Source: Spirogloea muscicola
Taxonomy: Eukaryota
Length of the DNA: 64,000 bases
Direction: 5' to 3'
NCBI GenBank assembly: GCA_009602725.1
Contig: WELB01000013.1
Coordinates: forward strand, 856,561 to 920,560
This document shows, piece after piece, positions 52,101-61,141 of this stretch. Every line of letters begins with the position of its first letter. Positions within the stretch are counted from its first letter, which is position 1. Below the pieces are notes generated by a model. The model was not told where the DNA came from. It searched no databases and saw only the letters and a list, made by a program, of their open reading frames with translations. The translations under genes were made by a program, and so were the position numbers.

Positions 52101-54177
52101 GACATTGGATTGTGCCTGGCTATGACAAGGCCAGCAAAAGACCTGATTGACATCATGACCTGTACAATTCGTGGTAAGTACAAGAAGTTGCACTCGCCCG
52201 CTATCATCTCTGCAGTTGTCACTCGATGCCTTTCGCCTCCTGAAACACCTCTTCTCAAGTGATTCCCAATCCTTGTGTCTGCCGGCCTCTGTAATCCTAA
52301 TAAGTGCAGGGTCAGCTCCATCTTGAGATTCTTGCCTCCCAGTTCATCTTGCACCTGAATGATGAAACTGCAAGTTCCTGTAAGGGTCGCTGACAGCTTC
52401 GTGGTGGCCAAGCCAACTCCAGAGCAGGCAAATGAATCACATTCTCGTATCATGACTCACAAATGCTGAATCTAGGCTCTTACTGACCATCTCAGCTATG
52501 GCAGCCAGAGGAGGATGGTCCTCTGGCATAAAGAGCTCCGTGCACTGCTGAGCAAATTCAAGAGTCTCTCGCACTGTCAAAGTCGGGAGATGCTTGTCAG
52601 TCTGTCCAATCATAGCAGCCATCCTGCGAACTTGAAAACTGTCAAAGGACTTCCCGTTGTACCGTATCTCTCCAGTTTGCGTCAGTGTTTTACCCCTGGA
52701 AATTCTTCCTGAAAGTGACTTATGTAGGGTGCTCTTACCTGCAAAAGCACAGACTAGATCCATGAGCTTCTACAAAATCTATGAAAAAGGCATGATCATG
52801 ATCTGTCCGATCATGATCATAAGCAGACAGTACAGACAGTTGACAATCTGGCATACATAGCTCCGAGGGTACGACCAAAAAGAGAGCGTTTACCACAACC
52901 AGGTGGTCCACAGACCAAGGTAAGGGTTCCTGGCATTAAGTAGCCCGTGCAATCTTTTATCACGTCAAAGTCTTGTGCCAAACCCTTTGGCTGCAGACAC
53001 GAGAAGAGGCAGTTGGCAACAGCTGAACCCACAGTCTCAAAGCCCTCTTTAGGTGGTCTCACTCTAGAAGTGTAGGTGAGATTCTTGAATGTCACGACCT
53101 GCAAAACCATACCGATGAGGCAGGGCTTAGATTCCACTGGTACTTACATGACTATGTTGCAGGACGATAGCTCGCAAATGCATGCTTTTCCTCTTGGTCT
53201 TGAGCACCTGCAGATTACATCTGTACCTGAGGGGGTAGAGGAACCAGAAAAGGCTGCAATTTCAAGAGAAACGCCAGGAGACCATCTCTCAGGAGCTGGT
53301 CAACACCAACGAGGCCTTTCATCTGGGGCTTGGGGTCCACCTTCCTACTGCCCTGCACTTGCTCTTGTGCCTGCAGAGCAGCGAGCCATATGTCACGGGT
53401 GTCTATTGAGAGTACCATGCAATTCACTTGCCTTTCCAGGTTGATCTCACGTCGTCGTAAGGGCCAGTTCACTGCCCTTTCCAGGTTGTTCTAAATTTGT
53501 CATAAGGGCAGCATTCTCAAGGCAAATTATAGTGGGAGGTGTCTGTCTGCTATGCATCCAACTTCTCTCATGTAGCAAGCTGGTGCTCATACCAATTGCA
53601 AGGACTTGTGAAACTGGTGCGCTTCCGCAAGGTGGCCGAGCTCCACCAGCTTCCGGTGGTACTGCAGGACGAGCTCCACCAACGACTCCTTCCCTGCGTC
53701 CTCCAGCTCCTCCTTCAGGCCGGCAACATCGGCTGCACTGATGGAGTCACTGACATCCTTCTCATCTGGACTCGTTGGGCCACGCAGCTGGCCGCCGTGC
53801 TGCGGACCAATGCCGCGGACGCGGGGGTGCGCCGCAGCCGCCGCCAGCATTCCCCTGCTGCCTCCGACGGGAGCAGACATCTGCTGTGCAATGCTGCGGC
53901 GACCTCCGGCCCTGCTGCGCAAGCCCGCAGCCGATGGGGCCCAGGCCGCGGGCTCCCGCGAGCCGGGGTCCCGCTCGTGCCACTGCTGCAGGCCCTCCCG
54001 GAAGAAGCGCACGTCCGCCGGCGAGACGTCCTCCAGCCGGTCGCGCATGGAGAAGGACGGTGCGCGCGGCGACGCGGACAGCGCGTCCTGCCCTGGCGCC
54101 GCGTCCCGGGGTCCATCGCTGGCGGCAGCGGCCGGGGCCGACGCCTGCAGCCCCTCCTCCAGCGCCCGCGGGTCCAT
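43178..54177 (-). CDS. Full-size ABCG / pleiotropic drug resistance (PDR) transporter, multi-exon
   Basis: NBD1: [71 protein letters not shown]1: [28 protein letters not shown]2: [75 protein letters not shown]2: [22 protein letters not shown]. Ends [10 protein letters not shown]. Probable ATG at 54177 (MDPRALEEG). Confidence 0.93.
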
Positions 54178-54283
54178 GGCGGCCGGACCGGCGGCACNCC
54201 GCGGCCGCCGCCGCCGGCGCCGGATCAGGCGAGGAGGGGGGTCGTCTTGCAGGCGGGACCTGCGGCACAATCAACGTCTCTGA

Positions 54284-54414
54284 ACGTTCTACTGACTAGA
54301 GGTTCTGAAAGTCCGCTTGCTGCTGTCTCAGTCCTTAGCACTCCGGCTCCTTCAGACCTTGTCCATTCCTTTGGGCTGGCCTCTCCCAGCCACCAGTTGA
54401 TCTGGCCGCGCTTG
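54284..54414 (+). mobile_element. Subfamily-A copy (~131 bp), candidate TSD CTCTGA
   Basis: Includes the ORF end (LLTRG) and full 3' UTR; CTCTGA at 54278-54283 and 54415-54420. Confidence 0.8.
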
Positions 54415-54529
54415 CTCTGAGGCTGAGGGCCTCTGAGCTGCCAGGACATGAAGTGTCCTGCCTAAAGTCGCTGAGCATTGGGACAGTGCGTACACGCATC
54501 TCAAGCTCTACAAGGAGCACTACTCAAAA

Positions 54530-54588
54530 CCTTATCCATACCTTGGGCTGGCCTCTCCCAGCCACCAGTTAATCTGGCCGCGCTTGCT
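54530..54588 (+). mobile_element. Subfamily-A copy (59 bp), TSD TCAAAA
   Basis: TCAAAA at 54524-54529 and 54589-54594. Confidence 0.8.
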
Positions 54589-54775
54589 TCAAAAGGTGAG
54601 AGTCGTCCTGGCTTCGACGGGGTCCTTGGCAGACAGCCACTTTAGCTGAATACAATATATGACGTAGGTAGCTATGATTGTGCCCGCGGCCGCCGCCGGC
54701 TGGGGGCGGGCGCAGCAGACTAGCGGGGAGCTGACGAGATGTGATCCTCAACTTGCGCCACGAAGGCCATGGAGG

Positions 54776-54835
54776 AGCAAGCGCGGCCAGATTAACTGGT
54801 GGCTGGGAGAGGCCAGCCCAAAAGAATGGACAAGG
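54776..54835 (-). mobile_element. Subfamily-A copy (60 bp), TSD GGAGG(AGC)
   Basis: GGAGGAGC at 54771-54778 and 54836-54843; the last 3 nt overlap the element end. Confidence 0.82.
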
Positions 54836-54874
54836 GGAGGAGCCCCTGCACCGGGCGACCGCCGGCCTATGCCC

Positions 54875-54998
54875 AGCACTCCGACTCCTTCAGACCTTGT
54901 CCATTCTTTTGGGCTGGCCTCTCCCAGCCCTTGCCCTCATTGGGAGAGCCACTTCTTCTTCTTTCTCCCAGCCACCAGTTAATCTGGCCGCGCTTGCT
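54875..54998 (+). mobile_element. Subfamily-A copy interrupted in its hairpin by a 34-bp 3' end of another subfamily (54930-54963)
   Basis: TCTCCCAGCC is duplicated at 54920-54929 and 54964-54973 around cttgccctcattgggagagccacttcttcttctt, which matches the 3' end at 56464-56490. Confidence 0.78.
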
Positions 54999-55211
54999 CG
55001 TGGTTAACAAATTGACCGCCGGTGCTCATGATTGATGAACCCCAACTCCCGCCGCGGCTCCTCCCGCCACACTCGGCTGGCTACCTGTGGTGAACACTGC
55101 CGCGGGGGCAAGCCGAGGGCGCAGGCGCCAAGGGCTGACTTGTGCGCCTGGTAGAAAGTGGCTTCCTAAATGACGGAGTGTGTGTAAGAAAAGTGTTTGA
55201 GGGCCTGTGTG

Positions 55212-55412
55212 CGGACTTGCTGCTGCTTACTCGTGGGTACTGAGCTTCCCGCTGCTGCTCACTCGTGGGTATGGAGCTTCCCTCTGCGTCGTCTCGTGTC
55301 TTGCTGTGTAGTTTTTTCGGCGCCTAGATTTTTGGCTTTTTGGATTTTGTCCATTCTCTTTGGGCTGGCATTTGCCAGCCCCTCTTCTCCATGGGCGAGC
55401 AATTTCTTTCTT
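55212..55412 (+). mobile_element. Subfamily-B copy (201 bp), TSD CCTGTGTG, with a 32-bp internal tandem duplication
   Basis: CCTGTGTG at 55204-55211 and 55413-55420. Encodes DLLLLTRGY*; hairpin GGGCTGGC-ATTT-GCCAGCCC. Confidence 0.82.
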
Positions 55413-55898
55413 CCTGTGTGGCCAAGTTCAAAGGCAAGCACCTTGACATATCTACATCACCTGCTGCTAAACTGACCCGCTCAGTAACAACGAGTCAACA
55501 CATAGAGGTTGCTGACCGATGCCCGAAGTCCGGACGGCAATTGACAAGCTCTTGTGTCACCAGCTAAGGATCAACCAGCGTTCTGGGGCAAAGCATGAGC
55601 CTGAGCTCGCTGCAGACAGGCTGACAACGATGTCGCCAAAATGACAAGTAGGCTGCCGGCATGCCCATCTGCGCTGGAAGTATATCCTCACGTCGTGCAT
55701 ATCCCAGACATATCCCTAAAAGGGGGTGCGGGCTGTGAACAGCCAGCCCGAAAAGCACTGACAAGGTCCAAAGGGGCCGAAAAGCGCCGAAAGATATGAC
55801 TAACAGTAGGGGTAGGACAGGTAGGGGTAGGACCGAAGCCTGTTGTTCTTCTTTTTGTTTTACGCAGAAGCGGCATCTTTGAAAGAGGCAGCTTCTTC

Positions 55899-56083
55899 AA
55901 AGAAAGAAATTGCGCGCCCACAGAGAAGAGGGGCTGGCAGAGGCCAGCCCTTAAAAAATGGACAGAAATCCAAAGAGCCAAACAGATGCCGAAAAGAAAA
56001 CCTAAACAGCTAGACACAAGACGACGCAAAGGGACTCAGTACCCACGAGTGAGCAGCAGCAAGTCCGAGTAACTCGCAGCTCC
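55899..56083 (-). mobile_element. Subfamily-B copy
   Basis: Minus strand SYSDLLLLTRGY*, then a 3' UTR with GGGCTGGC-CTCT-GCCAGCCC-CTCTTCT..GGGCGCGCAATTTCTTT. Confidence 0.75.
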
Positions 56084-56157
56084 TCCTTCTTGGACTTGCG
56101 GATACGAAGTAGAGATTACTAATTGAATACTCCGAAAGGGGCGAAGGCTGTGAGAGC

Positions 56158-56490
56158 CGCTGGCTCATGGGCTCAAGTATATCGTATGCGATTGCCCGTC
56201 TCCCTTCAGCGGTCCATGGGCCACGCCTTGCATCTGTGTGCTGGCCGTGCTCTCGCTGCGGCTTCCGTCACGGGGATACTTTTCCGGCAGCTAGTCTGTC
56301 GGATTTGAGGCTCCTCACACGTAACTACTGAGTGGTCCATCCTCCCCCGTTCTGACATAGCATCTTCAGGCCCCTTCGTAGCTGCTAGCGCTTTTTAGGC
56401 CCCTCCATCATTTGGCCCCTTCGAACCTTTGTCAATCCTTTTTCGGGCTGGCCTTTCACAGCCCTTGCCCCCATTGGGAGTGCCACTTCT
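56158..56490 (+). mobile_element. 333-bp CRE-like fragment inserted antisense into the hairpin of another copy, TSD CTGTGAGAGC
   Basis: CTGTGAGAGC at 56148-56157 and 56491-56500. Encodes [31 protein letters not shown] ... LSDLRLLTRNY*. Removing it restores the host ccttgtccaattctcGGGCTAGctctcaCAGCCttcgcccc on the minus strand. Confidence 0.85.
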
Positions 56491-56707
56491 CTGTGAGAGC
56501 TAGCCCGAGAATTGGACAAGGTGAGAAGGGCCGGAAAGCGCTAATGTAGTTAAAAGGTCGCTTTGCGCTTTGGTGGGGTCGTGAGCCAACCATAATAGCT
56601 GGAGGCCGCCGCACCCCCCCTACTTACCAGCGCAGTGGGTAGTGCAGATCATAGAAAGTAAGAAAGAGAGAAGGAATAAGCCAATAGAGAAGAAATAAGC
56701 AATTAGG

Positions 56708-57180
56708 AAGAAATTGCTCGCCCATAATAAAGAGGGGCTAGCAAAGCCAGCCCAGAAAAGAATGGACAATATCCAAAGGCCACAAAACGATGCCGAAAAG
56801 GGAAAACTACACAACTGGACACGGAATGATGCAGATGGAAGCTCAGTATCCACGGGTGAGCAACAACAATTCAGAGCAACTCGAAGCTGGGAAAGAGGCA
56901 CTCCGCCGAGACCCTGAGGCAGCAGCCATAGCGCGGCCGGCGCGGGTGTGGACTGCGTGAGCCAGAGAGCGCTGGAACGAGACCGCCAGCCTCATGCGAA
57001 ATACCTAGGCTAGGGAGCCGGCAGCATTGAAGCCGGGCAGCTCCCCTGGCAGTCCCGGCCGCCGCTCGATGGCCTGCCGGGCCAGCCGCTGGAGGACGTC
57101 CAACCAGCCACTGCCGAAAGCCCCGTGAACGTCGACGGCCAGGGCCGCGAATTCATCGCCTGGGGGGTGGTCGGCGTACT
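56708..57180 (-). mobile_element. Subfamily-B fragment (~470 bp), degenerate ORF end
   Basis: Colinear and similar to 58196-58640; ends SELLLLTRGY* plus the hairpin 3' UTR. Confidence 0.8.
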
Positions 57181-57821
57181 TAGGGCCACTTCACACTTGG
57201 GCGGGAGGTCGCGCCGAGGGGTACGTGTCGCGCTGTTAATGGGGTGACCGGCTTTACAACCTTTGCGCACCCGGTCGTCGTCACTCGCCACGGAGGCGCC
57301 ACATTGGGCGCTGACTAGGACGTCTCTCTTGCCCCCGTCAAGGAGGAGAACGCGCCGTTTGCACATCTGGCGCTGACTAGGACGCCTTTAGAATCCGTTA
57401 AGGAAGAAACGGCGTCGTGCGCCACGAGGGTGGTCAAGTTCCCGGCGCTCCTCCCGAGGAGGGCCGAGATTTCGACCACACCCCCCCCCCCCTTTCTGGA
57501 CGAGCAGGCGGCCTCGGCCTCCGTGGCGGCGACCCCCCCCATTTTGACCCGTGGTTTCTGAGCGGGTCAATCGACTGTAGGTTATGTAGGTCTTAAGATG
57601 TGCGTGCCTTTGTACTTGGCCATTTGGCCTTCGTTTGTTTCAAATACACGGAATCTTTTTCCCTGGACCCGGTGGTGCGTGACCGACACGACCAAGGCTA
57701 AGGTAAGACATACTCGGATCACCCAACCGGGGTGATCCGAGTATTTCCGGTCCTTGGCGCCTGCCTCTTGGCGGACTGCGTAGCCCGCCTCCTCCGACGA
57801 GCGTTTGGCGCTCCTGGAATC

Positions 57822-58195
57822 AAAGAAGCAAGCGCGGCCAGAGTAACTGGTGGCTGGGAGAGGCCAGCCCAAAGGAATGGACAAGGTCTGAAGGAGCCGG
57901 AGTGCTAAGGACTGAGACAGCAGCAAGCGGACTCTCAGTAACCTCTAGTCGGTAGATGCAAGTCTGAATAGCTAGCAGGCGGAAAGACGTCGCCAACCCT
58001 TAACCCGGCAGTCAAAACGATTTTAGCCGACCGACCCGGTGTAACCCGGCCCCTTAGGCTCCTTGCTCTGGGCCGCCAAACCGACCACGTGCCCGGCGGT
58101 CGATGCCGACTTGGCGGGGTTGGCGGAGTCCGACGTAAATCGGTGGTCATCACATCCGCGATGATACGCGAAATTCCTCCGGGCGGAATGGCGAC
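57822..58195 (-). mobile_element. Longest subfamily-A fragment, linking the short repeat to an RLE ORF end
   Basis: IIADVMTTD ... AGHVVGLAAQSKE ... PPASYSDLHLPTRGY*, directly followed by the A-type 3' UTR ending CTGGCCGCGCTTGCTTCTTT. Confidence 0.75.
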
Positions 58196-58660
58196 TAGAG
58201 AAGAGGGGCTGGCCCCAAAAAAGAATGGACAAAATCCGGAGCCAAAGAAGGTGCCGAATAGAAAAAGTACAAAGCAAGACACGAGACGTCAGAGGGAAAG
58301 CTAAGTACCCACGAGTGAGCAGCAGCAAGTCCGAGTAAATCGCAGCTGGGGAAGAGGCATTCCGCCTAGACCCAGATGCAGCAGCCATTGCGCGGCCAGC
58401 TCGCGAGTGGACTGCGTGAGCCATGAAGCGCTGGAACGAGACCGACAGCCGCATGCGAAATACCTGCGCTGGCAAGCCGGCAGCATTGAAGCTGGGCAGC
58501 TCCCCTGGCAGACCCGGCCGCCGATCAATGGCCTGCCGGGCAAGCGGCTGGAGGAGATCCAGCCAGCTACTACCAAAAGCCCCGCGGATGTCAATGGCCA
58601 GTGCCGCGAATTCATCACCAGCAGGGTGGTCGGCGTACTTACGCTCCTTGCCACGGGGCA
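58196..58660 (-). mobile_element. Subfamily-B fragment with RLE C-terminal coding sequence
   Basis: RGKERKYADHPAGDEFAALAIDIRGAFGSSWLDLLQPLARQAIDRR...VFRMRLSVSFQRFMAHAVHSRAGRA...IYSDLLLLTRGY. Confidence 0.82.
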
Positions 58661-59174
58661 GAATTTCTTCAACCACTCCGGACTTTTGGACCTTCTTTAC
58701 TCCTATTAGCTGGGCTCTTATAGCGACTGCCTTCTTTTGGAAGAGCTATTTCTTCTGACTACTTCTGCTGTTATCACCTCTCATCAGTAGCAGTCGACGG
58801 TGGTTGCGTTGGTCCTCGTTTCTGTAACTTGCTCGAGAATAGTGTTTTTCAAGAACATGCACGGCAGTTGGATGTGCTTCCTGCACATCCTCCCAGAACA
58901 GAAGAGGCATAAAGTGCAGCAACTGCAGGTGAACACCACTCCGCATGCATGAATATGTGAAACCGCTGAGCTCCAGCCACTCGGCTCGAGGTGACGACAT
59001 GAGTGGGAGATAGGCCGGCCCGCCCGAGGTAACGACATGACGTCGAGGACCACCTGTGCTCGACGTGCTCGCTCACAAGGTGTTTGAGCGTCTATTGGCA
59101 GAGGTCACGGAGAGAAGGCGCGCGGTGCACATAAAATTGAAAGGGAGGCCAATTCTAGCCTTACAAATGACCTG

Positions 59175-59720
59175 TTAACTGGGTAATGAGCTGGGTAAGG
59201 GGGACACTGAATGATTCCGAGTGAGCACATGCATATCTGACAAGCTATACTGAGGCGCCAAACCTCCACCACGGAAGCCATTAGCCTGTGCTAATGCACG
59301 ACCAGCACGCTGGTGTATCGCGAGTGCCTGGGAGCGTTGTAGACTCAATGATAGCCGCATTCTATAGCATGCAACAATGGCTTGCGGGACGCTAGAATGC
59401 CCCAAGCTACGCGCCCGACTACGTCGGCGGGCATCGACATGCAGTGCCAGGCGATGGAGGAGGGAAGACCACTTCATTCCGTAGCCGCCGTAGATGTCCA
59501 CGGCGCATGGGAAGAAGTGGTCGTCACGGAGAGATAGTTTCGACGTCTTGCTCCTTGCGGGCGTGATGGAAAGCAAGCGCGGCCAGATTAAGTGGTGGCT
59601 GGGAGAGGCCAGCCCAAAGGAATGGACAAGGTCTGAAGGAGCCGGAGTGCTGAAGGACTGATGGGAGCGCCCAGGGTCACTGAGCGGGTCAGGATGTGAT
59701 GTACAAGCGTAGACGTGCTC
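59175..59720 (-). mobile_element. Divergent subfamily ORF remnant, interrupted by an ~89-bp subfamily-A copy (59570-59658, candidate TSD TGATGG)
   Basis: RSKTSKLSLRDDHFFPCAVDIYGGYGMKWSSLLHRLA...CYRMRLSLSLQRSQALAIHQRAGRA...LSDMHVLTRN. TGATGG at 59564-59569 and 59659-59664. Confidence 0.75.
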
Positions 59721-59767
59721 TGTACTTAGCCGCTCAGGCCCTCCACCACTCAATACACGCATTACGC

Positions 59768-59823
59768 ATGTCGTTTCCCCCCCACCTCCCGCCATCGCCC
59801 GAGCTCGCACGCAGCGGCAGCGC

Positions 59824-59862
<39 letters not shown>

Positions 59863-60323
59863 TAGCGGCCGAGGATCGTGCTTGCCTGTCCGCATTGCGA
59901 CAAAGGCCGCCGCTGGGCCGCGCACGGCGGCGGAGGGCCCCGCGCCGCGCCCCATCAGCGAGGCGGACGTGCANTCGGCTCCGCTGCGGTGGCAGGCTGC
60001 CGGTGCGGGCGCTCAACCAGGCGTCCAAGGATCCGAGGCCGGACGACGGCGGCGGCGGCGGCGGCGGCGTCAAGGAGGCTGGCGCGCGGCCGCCGCCGCC
60101 GCTGCGCCTCCGGCTTTGGGACCGCACCGGCAAGAAGCTGCTGGACGGCCTCTCGAGGGAGGTGCAGCAGCACATCCTGCTGGAGGAGAGCGACGGCGAG
60201 ATCAAGGTGCAGGTGGACGTCCTCTTCGTCGTCGTCCTCGTCCCCCTCCTCGTCGCGCTCTCCCGCCTCGGGCACTACGCCATCTACTTCCTCTTCACGC
60301 GCCCCGAGTACATGCAGCTGTAG
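59768..60323 (+). CDS. Small hypothetical protein with a C-terminal transmembrane segment (interrupted by single N at 59974)
   Basis: Strong GC3 bias over 60110-60323: LWDRTGKKLLDGLSREVQQHILLEESDGEIKVQVDVLFVVVLVPLLVALSRLGHYAIYFLFTRPEYMQL*. Start uncertain; frame changes across the N. Confidence 0.5.
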
Positions 60324-61141
60324 CTTGCGGCTTTAGATGACGCCTCATTAGTGTGAGGATTGGTGACTGTGTCGTAGAACATTGCTTGCGAGGGTAGCCT
60401 TGCGAGCAGCAGCATTGGTCTAGCAGCTATCGTGCGTAGCTCGTGTATAGCCAGGCTGGGTGACCGTGGTTCGTCGGTCTCGGCCACTATGCAGGGTGCT
60501 TGATAAGCCCTGTCAGGCTCATTGCTGTTCATTAGCAGCCAGATAGTAGTGTTTCTCACGTTGTGGTATGTGCTGATCAACACACAGGTTGCTTGTTGCT
60601 TGTTGTCTAAGTATTTGATTCTCTCAGTATGACAACGAAATGCATACCCACCTGGCAGTACTGCAGAGAGTAATGTGCAGAGTAGTTGATTGACAACTTG
60701 GCATAGTGGAGTTGGAGTCTCATCATTATTCTGGCCTGCGAATTGGCCTCCCAACTTGGGCATCCCACCTCAGAACAGCAGCAATGACCTCTTATGCATA
60801 GACTTTGATCATGTACTCCTCTAAGAAGTACACTGGCCATTCCATCAGCTCATCGTTCCCAGCACTAACAGCAGGCTGCTGCAACAGCCGTGCCCAATTG
60901 TACGAATAGTAATTACTTCCAATGAGAGTAGGATGCAGATAATCAGCTCAGTCGAGCTACCCATGACCTGTTAGACCTGTTAGAGTCCGACTCTTCAAAT
61001 CATTGTGATAAGCGACTGTGCACTGCGTGCCCCAGGGCGGCATAGCCAGGCCCGCAAGGGACAGTCCAATGCTGTGCAACTGAGCTTGCACTCGTGGCGG
61101 GGGCTTTGAGGCTCATTCATAGACAGCACAGCGGCCTCAGC

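Larger units (their letters stand above)
54284..59720. mobile_element. Cluster 3: nest of ~15 5'-truncated CRE-like (restriction-like endonuclease) non-LTR retrotransposon fragments of several subfamilies
   Basis: ORF remnants show RLE-type C-terminal motifs: AGYAVRQEAGAKDRKYSDHPG; GKERKYADHPAGDEFAALAIDIRGAFG; DHFFPCAVDIYGGYG; (F/Y)RMRLS(V/L)S(F/L)QR..A.A.H.RAGRA. A shared terminal motif SDLxLLTR(G/N)Y* is followed by a 3' UTR with a GGGCTGG..CCAGCC hairpin and a CT-rich tail. Many copies have 6-10 bp TSDs. Confidence 0.82.

Noticed and set aside
53539..54420. Long plus-strand ORFs overlapping GC-rich exons (also 5322-6050, 41202-41903, 62856-63776)
   Set aside because: Antisense shadows of high-GC coding exons on the opposite strand.
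54284..55000. CRISPR-like array of ~60-100 bp repeats with unique spacers
   Set aside because: Repeats vary in length and orientation, carry TSDs and continue into a retrotransposon ORF end. The context is eukaryotic and there are no cas genes.
56703..57184. TTAGG as a telomere-type TSD for the 56708-57180 fragment
   Set aside because: Only 5 bp with an uncertain boundary, and other copies do not target telomeric sequence.
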